Shown piece by piece: positions 10,080 to 18,265 of a DNA stretch of 32,000 nucleotides. Made by a program: the position numbers and the translations under genes. The notes below the pieces were generated by a model, which saw nothing but the letters and a program-made list of their open reading frames with translations, did not search any database and was not told the DNA's origin. Positions within the stretch are counted from its first letter, which is position 1. Every line of letters starts with the position of its first letter. Location: the NCBI GenBank assembly GCA_951812855.1, contig OX638337.1, forward strand, positions 570,001-602,000, written 5' to 3'. The stretch comes from an uncultured Lentisphaeria bacterium. Its GTDB lineage: Bacteria; Verrucomicrobiota; Lentisphaeria; JABSQK01; JAJFLO01.

Positions 10080-10719
10080 CTTTGTCTTCCTCCTTTTTAT
10101 CAGGCAGACACAACCAAGTTTTTATTCCTATAATTCCAGCTGTTGTGTTTGCTTCTGCAAAACCATAATCAATATTGGCTTTCAGTGTATGTAATGGCGT
10201 TTTACCATCTTTAAATTCCTGACTTCGTGCAAGCTCTGCACCGCCTAATCGACCACCACATCTTATTTTTATACCCAAAGCACCCGTATCCATGGCTGTT
10301 TGAATGCTCTTTTTCATTGCACGGCGAAACCCGATTCTGCGCTCAAGCTGCAACCCGATATTATCACATATCAGCTGTGCATTTAATTCAGGCTTTTTTA
10401 TTTCAACAACGTCGACATAAATATCTTTTCCATTCGTCATTTTGTACAATGCATCTTTTAAAACATCATATTCCGATTTTTTCCGGCCAAATACTAAACC
10501 TGGCCGAGCTGAATGCACCGTGACACGCACCCTGTTGGCAAATCGTTCGATTTGAATCCGGGATACAGCAGCCTGACTTAACTGTTTACCGACATAGTCG
10601 CGAATTTTTAAATCTTCGTGCAGTAAGTCTCCGTAATTTTTCTTACTTGCAAACCACCGACCGCGCCAGTCTTTTGTAACCGACACACGAAGACCAATTG
10701 GATTTACTTTTTGTCCCAC
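10000..10719 (-). CDS. rpsC: 30S ribosomal protein S3, with a basic C-terminal tail that overlaps rplP by 80 nt
   Basis: 239 aa, MGQKVNPIGLRVSVTKDWRGRWFA.. with KH and S3-C domains. The tail is ..[33 protein letters not shown]. Confidence 0.93.
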   Translation of the reverse strand: MGQKVNPIGLRVSVTKDWRGRWFASKKNYGDLLHEDLKIRDYVGKQLSQAAVSRIQIERFANRVRVTVHSARPGLVFGRKKSEYDVLKDALYKMTNGKDIYVDVVEIKKPELNAQLICDNIGLQLERRIGFRRAMKKSIQTAMDTGALGIKIRCGGRLGGAELARSQEFKDGKTPLHTLKANIDYGFAEANTTAGIIGIKTWLCLPDKKEEDKDAVITKEGKVPKGSAGKLRRKRVQKQ

Positions 10720-10762
10720 TTATTTTCCTGACTCTATTTTCAATTGTTGTATTTGACTTACT

Positions 10763-11107
10763 CTAGTTATAGGTAGAAACGATAATCTTAATATGACTTG
10801 TCCGTTTTCGAATTCGGCCGGCTACCCCCCGAGCCTTCGGGCGGAAACGTTTCAGCGTCGGACCTTCGCCCACAACCGCTTCCTTAACAAATAACTCATC
10901 TTCGGTGATATTGTTTGATTCCGGATCATTCACAGCATTTTTCACCGCAGAATGCAATACTTTTCCGACAAGATGTCCTGCTCTCCGAGGTGTAAATTTC
11001 ACTAATGCCATTGCATCATTAACCGACTTGTTTTGAATCAAACGCGTAATCTCTCTGGCTTTATAGGGTGAAATTCTAATGTATTTAGCTATTGCCTGCT
11101 TTTCCAT
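10763..11107 (-). CDS. rplV: 50S ribosomal protein L22
   Basis: 114 aa, ..AKYIRISPYKAREITRLI..GPTLKRFRPKARGVAGRIRKRTSHI.. L22 signature. First gene of the block; no rpsS lies upstream. Confidence 0.95.
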   Translation of the reverse strand: MEKQAIAKYIRISPYKAREITRLIQNKSVNDAMALVKFTPRRAGHLVGKVLHSAVKNAVNDPESNNITEDELFVKEAVVGEGPTLKRFRPKARGVAGRIRKRTSHIKIIVSTYN

Positions 11108-11180
11108 ATCGCCTAATATCTACTTCGATTTTGGTACGTAACTTCTACCGATCCTTTAATTTATACAGTAAATGTAAATA

Positions 11181-11210
11181 ATTTTACCATCTGTTTTTAC
11201 TTGAATTCAA
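11181..11210 (-). promoter_or_regulatory. candidate sigma70-type promoter for the rplV-secY block
   Basis: The minus strand reads TTGAAT-N18-TAAAAT about 75 nt upstream of the rplV ATG. This is a sequence match only. Confidence 0.25.
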
Positions 11211-11557
11211 AAAAGAACAAGTAACCTACTAAACAGTGTATGCATTGTCCAACCTTTTTTAACATTTTTTTAATTATTTCAAGATCAAGGTGTTGCAGAA
11301 GTCAAAATTGCTAATTTTTTAAAGTGAGCTAAATGTGTATCATTAAGTCGTACAAATTAATCCACAGATGAAAAAGATCGACTGTCAAAGACAATGATCC
11401 GGAATACATATTCGGTGCTGTAAAACAGGCAGCCGGACTGTGGAAATTATGCACTGTTTGTTAAATGGATACCCGGGGAATAAGTGTCAATACAGTCAAT
11501 AAAACCATAGAAAATTTCTGGACAGGAAAACATAACTGCTTACAATAATAAAATGTA

Positions 11558-12016
11558 CTAAAGTGCTAATGCAGACTTTACCAGCATTGAAACCATTCTG
11601 TTATCGGCATCTTTACCGGAGTCCTTGATCAATGCCATTACTGTTTTCATGACAATGCCCATATCTTTTATGGACGATGCGTTTGAGTCCTCTATCGCTG
11701 TGTCAATAATTTTTTTAAGTTCATCTTCTGATAATTGGTCAGGTAAATAATTTTTTAAGATTGTCATTTGTAATGATTCAATCTCGCTCAGATCGTGCCG
11801 ACCTGCTTTTTCGAACATTGAGATTGAATCCTGACGTTGTTTTATCAACGTTTTTACCAGTTTAACTACATCATCATCCTGAACCTCAGCATTATTCCCC
11901 GATTTAGTCAATTTAATAATTTCATTTCTCAATGCTCTGAGAGAATCCAGTCGTGTACTATCTTTAGCCCGCATTGCTTCTTTTAACTCATCATTTACGC
12001 GATCCGCCAGACTCAT
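11558..12016 (-). CDS. GatB/YqeY domain-containing protein
   Basis: 152 aa, MSLADRVNDELKEAMRAKD..RLDSLRALRNEI...NYLP.QLSEDEL..II.. matches the YqeY family pattern. Confidence 0.8.
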   Translation of the reverse strand: MSLADRVNDELKEAMRAKDSTRLDSLRALRNEIIKLTKSGNNAEVQDDDVVKLVKTLIKQRQDSISMFEKAGRHDLSEIESLQMTILKNYLPDQLSEDELKKIIDTAIEDSNASSIKDMGIVMKTVMALIKDSGKDADNRMVSMLVKSALAL

Positions 12017-12088
12017 AATCTGCCTTTTAATTTTGGGTCTGATTTAATAATTAATTTACAATTCCAAGTTCTAAAAAACACTATCGAT

Positions 12089-12253
12089 TCACAGCACAAT
12101 TCCACTAAGTCCGTATAGTAAAATCAAGAAGCCGAATAAAACAAGAATTACCCTGAAAAATTTTGTCAGATTAGAATGAATGTTATTATTTTTATCGACG
12201 CTGCTGGGATGGTATACCACTTCCCAATTAAATTGACGCGAGTCTTTATTCAC
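12089..12253 (-). CDS. hypothetical small membrane protein (54 aa, GTG start), below the ORF-track cut-off
   Basis: (M)NKDSRQFNWEVVYHPSSVDKNNNIHSNLTKFFRVILVLFGFLILLYGLSGIVL has one clear C-terminal TM helix. It is on the same strand as the yqeY-like gene, 72 nt upstream of it. No homology recognised. Confidence 0.25.
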   Translation of the reverse strand: MNKDSRQFNWEVVYHPSSVDKNNNIHSNLTKFFRVILVLFGFLILLYGLSGIVL

Positions 12254-12376
12254 AACATTATCTATTAGAAATCAGATTCCTTTGATGTATTTTGTGCTGC
12301 CGGTTTCGATTATAGTGACTTTCATTACATATGCTACTGTCACAGATTAAAAATAACAGTCAGTTGAAGATTAAAA

Positions 12377-13132
12377 ATGTATATTTTTGACAGCCATTTC
12401 CATTTAAGTCCCGAAGATGATATCTGTGCGATTATTCAAAGAGCAAATAAAAGTGGTGTGAATGGGTTATTTGTTGCAGGTGCATCCATAGAAAATACCG
12501 AGACGCTGCTAAATGAAATTTCTGATTTTCAAAATGTAAACACCGCGATTGGTGTTCACCCACATGACGCAATTAATTTTACCACGTTAGATTTATTCGA
12601 AAGAAACGTATCCCATCCATCTGTCAAAGCAATTGGGGAAATTGGACTGGACTACTTTTATGATAATTCACCAAAGGAAATTCAGATCGGTGTGTTTAAA
12701 ACATTCCTGAAACTTGCAAATAAAACAAAACTGCCAGTCATTATACATTGTCGAGATGCATTCAATGATTGTTATGACATCATAAAACAAACATTAAGCG
12801 GTGATATTCGTTTTGTTATACACTGCTTCACCGGTTCGATAGAATGGGCAGAAAAGTTTGTTGCATTGGGAGGTTACCTGTCTTTTAACGGTATAATCAC
12901 GTTCAAGAAATCCGAAGAGATTCGCATGGTGTTAAAAAAAATTCCAAAAAATAAACTGCTGTTCGAAACCGATTCTCCCTATCTGACACCTGTTCCCTTT
13001 CGCGGCAAAAAAAATGAACCCGCTTTCCTCATTCATATTATTGAAAAAGCTGCTGATATTCTGGAAATATCTGTTGACGAACTTGCTCAATTATCTGTTC
13101 GAAATGCAAAAATATTCTATAATCTGACATGA
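12377..13132 (+). CDS. tatD: TatD-family metal-dependent hydrolase (DNase)
   Basis: 251 aa, FDSHFHL.., ..GVHPHDA.., ..IGEIGLDY.., ..PVIIHCRDA.., ..ETDSPYL.. are canonical TatD metal-ligand motifs. Confidence 0.88.
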   Translation: MYIFDSHFHLSPEDDICAIIQRANKSGVNGLFVAGASIENTETLLNEISDFQNVNTAIGVHPHDAINFTTLDLFERNVSHPSVKAIGEIGLDYFYDNSPKEIQIGVFKTFLKLANKTKLPVIIHCRDAFNDCYDIIKQTLSGDIRFVIHCFTGSIEWAEKFVALGGYLSFNGIITFKKSEEIRMVLKKIPKNKLLFETDSPYLTPVPFRGKKNEPAFLIHIIEKAADILEISVDELAQLSVRNAKIFYNLT

Positions 13133-13239
13133 TCTGATTTAATCTATTCACAATAGTACCCAAAAATAGAAAAATTGTGTCCCCATATAAGCAAATATTA
13201 TGTATGTAAAAACCAGGTATTTTTTGGCATTTACTCAGA

Positions 13240-13660
13240 TTACATTGGCCAATCCCTCAAAATACGTTCGGTCTCTTCAGCATGTCCAGTTTCATCCCTC
13301 ACCATATCTTCAAGCTGAACAGACAGGCCTTTGTCGCCAAATTCTTCAGCCTCCTGAGTACGTCGAGCATAGTCACCTGTCGCCTGACATTCGGCTGCCA
13401 ATACTGCCTCAAGCATCTTCTGGTTTGATGTGCCCGATGAAACCGCTCTGGCCTGGGTCGCAGGTTCTCCACCGAACGCAACGATTTTATTAGCTGAAAA
13501 CTGTGCATGAAGTTATTCATCCGCCACTTCCGTGAGGAAAAACTGTGACAATTGAGGTCGATAGGGTCCGGATGCCTTCGCCGAATCAGTTTCTATAGAA
13601 TCATTATTTGTATATTTCTTCATCGCTTTGTAGATTTTGGATGCAGCTTAACCTGCACAT
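13240..13660 (-). pseudogene. ferritin-like (bacterioferritin-superfamily) gene with an in-frame TAA and an N-terminal frameshift
   Basis: The minus frame reads ..GPYRPQLSQFFLTEVADE*LHAQFSANKIVAFGGEPATQ...MLEAVLAAECQATGDYARRTQEAEEFGDKGLSVQLEDMVRDETGHAEETERIL... This fits the EE..HA / GG.P / E..H helix pattern of ferritin-like proteins. TAA is at 13513-13515. The first helix (..IQNLQSDEEIYK) is seen only in another frame upstream of 13623. Confidence 0.55.
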
Positions 13661-13870
13661 TTTATGTCGGCAGAATGGCGATGAGTGATTGGATAATTGC
13701 CTTTCAGGCGTAGTGAACATGAACTGATTGATAAAAAAAATCAAAGAAAAAGTAGACGAAACTACCCAACAATGTAAATTCTGCTATAACAAGTAATTCA
13801 ATATTATTTAATTCATAAAAAACTTGCTTTCGTAACAATTAATTTAATAGCTTTCTGGTGGCATAGATCA

Positions 13871-14434
13871 ATGAAACAAACAAAAAGTAAACTTTATTTA
13901 ATCGTAATGGCTATAATGAGTTTATTCTTTATTGGTTGTGTTCCTGACATACCGAGGAAAAACCCGGTGGGGCTGGCGTTTCCTCAAGTACAGGGTACGA
14001 GTCTGAAAGGCAATCCATATACAATCCCTGATGATTTTTCAGGTAAACCAAGACTACTGTTAATCGGTTATATTCAGGACAGCCAGTTCGATATCGATCG
14101 TTGGCTTCTTGGGTTGACTCAATTAAAAACACCTGTTGCTATAAGCGAAATTCCAGCAGTACCGGGAATAATTCCTCGAATGACAGCCAATAAAATTGAC
14201 TCCGGGATGCGCAGCGGAATTCCAAGAGAAGACTGGGGTTCGGTTATTACCGTATACAAAGATGCTGATACGATTACCAATTTTACAGGTACAGCAGATC
14301 CCTTAAACTCGCGGGTCGCATTACTCGATAGAAATGGTAAGATCATTTGGTTCCATGATCGTGGATACAGTGCTTCCCTCGTAAGTGATCTTGATCGCGT
14401 TGTGAGGTCTCTTAATACTTCCTCTGTTGAATGA
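13871..14434 (+). CDS. putative lipoprotein, possibly redoxin-like fold without a CxxC motif
   Basis: 187 aa. Signal peptide with lipobox (..MSLFFIGC). GKPRLLLIGYIQDSQFDIDRW resembles the redoxin active-site strand and helix, but the cysteines are absent. Function unknown. Confidence 0.6.
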   Translation: MKQTKSKLYLIVMAIMSLFFIGCVPDIPRKNPVGLAFPQVQGTSLKGNPYTIPDDFSGKPRLLLIGYIQDSQFDIDRWLLGLTQLKTPVAISEIPAVPGIIPRMTANKIDSGMRSGIPREDWGSVITVYKDADTITNFTGTADPLNSRVALLDRNGKIIWFHDRGYSASLVSDLDRVVRSLNTSSVE

Positions 14435-14708
14435 ATTGTGGCAAATTAGTATTTTTATTATAACAACTTTAAATGATGGGTTTGACCCTGATTCACTTGA
14501 GCCGGATGACAAACTCGATTGGTTTATGAAATATCATGATATTCCATGCTGGAGTACTGTTTTTCAAATTATGTATCTCTGTAGATTTAATCCCGCTCGT
14601 GGGCTTATCCGCGGTGGCGGGTTTAATTCCCTAACGGTTGCGTCGAGTCCAACTTTTTTCAAGCTGGGTCAATCTCCGTTGTTTACGACGGAGTGGTTTA
14701 TTAACTAA
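14427..14708 (+). CDS. hypothetical small ORF (TTG start; internal ATG gives MKYHDIPCW...), doubtful
   Basis: A 93-codon open frame ends 8 nt before the HMA gene. No recognisable family. The same interval also contains hairpins and a T-run. Confidence 0.2.
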   Translation: MNELWQISIFIITTLNDGFDPDSLEPDDKLDWFMKYHDIPCWSTVFQIMYLCRFNPARGLIRGGGFNSLTVASSPTFFKLGQSPLFTTEWFIN

Positions 14709-14716
14709 TAATTAAT

Positions 14717-15136
14717 ATGATACGAACAACTTTAAAGATTGTATTCGCGATTCAACTCATCTTATTTTCAATGTTTCAGGTAAACGCAACTGGTCTACCG
14801 GAAGCCAAACCCGATGAGAGAATCGCAGCGGTCAAACAAAAACTTGCAGCGGCACCTGGTATCGCAACAGTCTATGTTAAGGGATTATGCTGCCCATCGT
14901 GTGCTATCGGCATTCGAAAGAAGATAAGCAAGCTTGATTTTGTAGATAAAAAACGATTTGTAAAGGGAGTAGAACTTGACACAAAAACACAATTGGCCAG
15001 CATTGCAGTTACAGAAGGGCAATCGATCAATATTATTTTACTGACCCAGGCCATACGCGATGCAGGGTATGACCCGGCAAATCTCTATACCTTAGATTCA
15101 GGTAAGGTTAAGTCCCAATCTCTTGTCATGCCCTGA
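14717..15136 (+). CDS. secreted heavy-metal-associated (HMA) domain protein, MerP/CopZ-like
   Basis: 139 aa. N-terminal signal peptide (..LILFSMFQVNA). The HMA beta-alpha-beta-beta-alpha-beta region carries a GLCCPSCAIG metal-binding loop, a variant of GMxCxxC. Confidence 0.75.
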   Translation: MIRTTLKIVFAIQLILFSMFQVNATGLPEAKPDERIAAVKQKLAAAPGIATVYVKGLCCPSCAIGIRKKISKLDFVDKKRFVKGVELDTKTQLASIAVTEGQSINIILLTQAIRDAGYDPANLYTLDSGKVKSQSLVMP

Positions 15137-15145
15137 GGATGATGT

Positions 15146-15951
15146 CTAAGTTGCCTGGAATCACTGGTACTCTTTTTTTCTTATCATCTCTATCACAGAT
15201 TGTGTGATGGCTGACCAGCCCATTTTTAATGAGATGCCCGCTGGGATAACGGTTGGGGATTTCAGCTCATTCATGAATATAAAACAGAAAAAATCTTTTA
15301 CTTAAAGACCGTTCAATAGTACGCGGTTTTTCCGGAGACATACACATTCTTCATCTTGAAGGAGTTTATACCTGGGACAAATTAATCCGGCTGACAGCAA
15401 AACTACCGTATGTTCTCGAGGCACAGCACGAATTACCGGTCGCTGGCAGAAAACGGGTTAAACATGACCAGGGTATTGGATATCTTATTCTCAGCCTGCC
15501 GTTAAAGCACTATCACAATCTGGATGGTCGCAGCAGTTCCTGGACGATCGTGCCGAATTTGCTCATTCCATTAGGTAAAGAGGACGAATTCGAGTTATAT
15601 GACCATGTCTGGGGACAGGGGATCTCATTTGGGTATGAAACCGAAACGTATCGCTTTAGCTTTGCTGCAGGGGTTTCAGCATGGTTTATTCGTGAGGACG
15701 AACCGTTTAAATGTCAGCCGGCATTGACATTGGCATTAACATCCAGAGTTCACGATCGTCCGGTCATATTAAGTGGGAAACAGACTTCCACTATGAGGAT
15801 GATGGTTCCATGACAGTTTCAATTGGTCCATCATTTTACTGTCGAATTTCAGACGCTGTTCATGCATAAATTTCATGGAAATATGATATTTCTGATCGGC
15901 AAGGTTCAGTCGATCACGGTAATGGAGACTCAATCAAATCGGGTATAGCGT
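15146..15951 (+). pseudogene. secreted protein gene broken by several frameshifts and an in-frame TGA; family not recognised
   Basis: A signal-peptide-like start (MSKLPGITGTLFFLSSLSQIV) is in frame 2 and continues as MADQPIFNEMPAGITVGDFSSF.. in frame 3. After an A-run near 15286-15293 it continues as ..KDRSIVRGFSGDIHILHLEGVYTWDK...GISFGYETETYRFSFAAGVSAWFIRED.. in frame 1. TGA lies at 15814-15816 and the frame stays open to 15951. The alternating beta-strand-like pattern is suggestive only. Confidence 0.35.
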
Positions 15952-16054
15952 TTGTATTTTGACGGGTTCAAAAAAATCGAATTGGCAGTTTGACCCTCTG
16001 GAGCCTAAATCTTAACATTAGAGGTGCAAACCTAAAGAACAGGTAATTTTCCCG

Positions 16055-16228
16055 TCAGTTTTTAGTAATTAAATCACCTTCAACATAACGATGGATCAAC
16101 CCGGAAATTAGAATTTGATATGGTAAGCCCATTTCCACAGCCTTTTTCCGAATCCCTTTATAATCGCGATCATATAATCGAATGGTAATTCGTTTATCTT
16201 TTTTAAATGTATTCTGTGCAGCGTTTCT
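16055..16228 (-). pseudogene. ribbon-helix-helix (CopG/BrnA-like) antitoxin remnant, C-terminal domain only
   Basis: ..KKDKRITIRLYDRDYKGIRKKAVEMGLPYQILISGLIHRYVEGDLITKN* matches the (K)ISIRL..L...K..A...G.PYQ.LI...L..Y pattern of this antitoxin family. No start codon follows the upstream TAA (16229-16231). N-terminal-like pieces (..DFDKFKWNKHA*) lie in another frame. There is no toxin partner. Confidence 0.45.
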
Positions 16229-16366
16229 TTACCGAATTCAGAAATTATGCATGTTTATTCCACTTAAATTTATCAAAATCACCTAAATGTGATACTATAA
16301 ATCAATATTAATTACGGATTATAATATTGTAATATTGAATTGAGACTTCATATTTTCTATGATATT

Positions 16367-17542
16367 ATGAAAAAAATAAAGAGATGCAATTCAAAAAAAA
16401 TATTGCAATTATTGGATGAGTTTCCTGCCGTTGTCTTATCAGGGCCACGGCAAGTGGGGAAAACGACTCTGGCCAATATAGTTGCCGGTTACTGTGAGAA
16501 GTTTTTTATATATATTGACCTTGAAAGCCCTCAGGATATGCAAAAATTGGAGGAGCCGGAATTGTATTTGGATACGCATAGCGAAAATCTTGTCATTATA
16601 GATGAAGTGCAGAGAAAACCGGATTTGTTTCCCGTTTTGAGGTCAGTAATTGATCGGGATAGAAAACCCGGACGATTTTTATTATTGGGGTCTGCAGGAC
16701 CGGAGTTGTTAAAAAATACTTCTGAAAGCTTAGCCGGTCGAGTTTATTACACCGAGCTATTTCCTTTTAACATTCTTGAAGTAAGCGATGACAGACTACT
16801 TTGGTTTAGAGGAGGATTCCCGGAAGCTTACCTGGCGAATACTCAAACAGCTGCAAGACGTTGGCTTGAGTCATTTCTGCTTACATTTCTTGAACGAGAC
16901 ATCCCCAATCTCGGTATAAGAATACCATCTCTACAATTGCGACAATTCTGGGAAATGACAGCACATGCTCACGGGCAGTTATGGAACGGTAGTAAATTAG
17001 CGGCAAATTTTGGAGTGAGTTCTCATACAATTAAACGATATTTAGGTATCTTAGAGAACACGTATATGGTAAGACAACTAACGCCATACTATACAAACAT
17101 TAAAAAACGAATTGTCAAGACTCCAAAGGTTTATATCCGTGACACCGGTATACTTCATACCTTGCTTCAAATTTCATCACAGGAAGATTTAGCAGGGCAT
17201 CCGACTATTGGCTCTTCTTATGAAGGTTGGGTTATTGAGCAGATATGTTCATGCTTGTCACACTCATTTGTGAAAGCCTGTTTTTATCGCACACAGTCTG
17301 GAGCAGAAATTGATTTGTTACTTGAAAAAGGACCAGACCGGATCGCAATAGAAATAAAACGATCATTAACTCCAAAACCAAGTAGAGGGTTTAAACAGGC
17401 TGTCTCTGATTTATCATGCAATCATCAATTTATTGTTTATCCTGGAACTGAGACTTATCCATTAAGCTCAACAGTCAAGGCGATCTCTCTTCCTGGCTTG
17501 CTGGAATTTCTAATCGTATTATTTGATGTTCAATATGATTGA
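16367..17542 (+). CDS. AAA+ ATPase with C-terminal DUF4143 domain (COG1373-type)
   Basis: MKKIKRCNSKKILQLLDEFPAVVLSGPRQVGKTTLA (Walker A), ..LVIIDEVQRKPDLF.. (Walker B). The overall layout is typical of the family. ATG at 16367 is preferred over the track's TTG at 16340. Confidence 0.8.
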   Translation: MKKIKRCNSKKILQLLDEFPAVVLSGPRQVGKTTLANIVAGYCEKFFIYIDLESPQDMQKLEEPELYLDTHSENLVIIDEVQRKPDLFPVLRSVIDRDRKPGRFLLLGSAGPELLKNTSESLAGRVYYTELFPFNILEVSDDRLLWFRGGFPEAYLANTQTAARRWLESFLLTFLERDIPNLGIRIPSLQLRQFWEMTAHAHGQLWNGSKLAANFGVSSHTIKRYLGILENTYMVRQLTPYYTNIKKRIVKTPKVYIRDTGILHTLLQISSQEDLAGHPTIGSSYEGWVIEQICSCLSHSFVKACFYRTQSGAEIDLLLEKGPDRIAIEIKRSLTPKPSRGFKQAVSDLSCNHQFIVYPGTETYPLSSTVKAISLPGLLEFLIVLFDVQYD

Positions 17543-17793
17543 CTAAAAGAGAATCACCCGAGGTCAAACCTGTGCTATTGAATTTATTTATGGAATAATT
17601 GGAGGGCTGCAGCTTAAAATTTATGTTTTTGAGAAGGATTTTTATCTTAATTTCTCCCTGCGATTCTGATATTTTATTCTGCTTGTGCAAGGTTTAGGGA
17701 AAATTGGTGATATTCAACAGAAGTAGTTTAATATTAGAATGTTATAAATAATCTAGTTATAACAAATTTAATCTGGATAAGATCTAAGGAAAG

Positions 17794-17870
17794 TGGTCGG
17801 GGCGGCAGGATTCGAACCTGCGACCTACTGCTCCCAAAGCAGCCGCGCTGCCAGACTGCGCTACGCCCCG
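17794..17870 (-). tRNA. tRNA-Pro (anticodon TGG), CCA encoded
   Basis: The reverse complement folds as a cloverleaf: CGGGGCG TA GCGC AGTCTGGCA GCGC G GCTGC TTTGGGA GCAGT AGGTC GCAGG TTCGAAT CCTGC CGCCCCG ACCA. Length 77 nt. Confidence 0.95.
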
Positions 17871-18265
17871 AATGGCTGATTAATTATTAGGATGTGTAAC
17901 AAACATCCAAATAATTTTAAATTGGGTTTAAATCAATAGTTCCGGGTTTCCATAAATCAAGTTATAAATGATAGTTGGTTCATATAGTTGTCAACCATCT
18001 CTTTTGCCGGACTTAAGAAATGTCTCGCTGCCCGGGTTAACTGATTGTCTGTGCCGGAATTTTGTGGCGGAATAAGATTTTTTCACGTGATAACATATAA
18101 AAAAATACTTGGCATAATGGTTATTTTCTTTTTCCATTGAGAAGAAATTATGGTTTAATGAAAATGCCATGTTACTTTGAGTCTAAGATTTTCCTTCACA
18201 CAAAAATCCCGCACAATTTCTTACTGATATTTATTTAACTGCAAAATGGAACTGAATTTATTCAA

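Noticed and set aside
14590-14700. tRNA-like or riboswitch-like look of gcgggtttaattccc and the surrounding GC-rich stems upstream of the HMA gene.
   Set aside because: The T-loop-like element lacks the conserved C56 and a complementary stem (CCCTA instead of CCCGC). No cloverleaf can be drawn, and I cannot match any riboswitch core from memory. It is kept only as an unexplained structured spacer in the findings.
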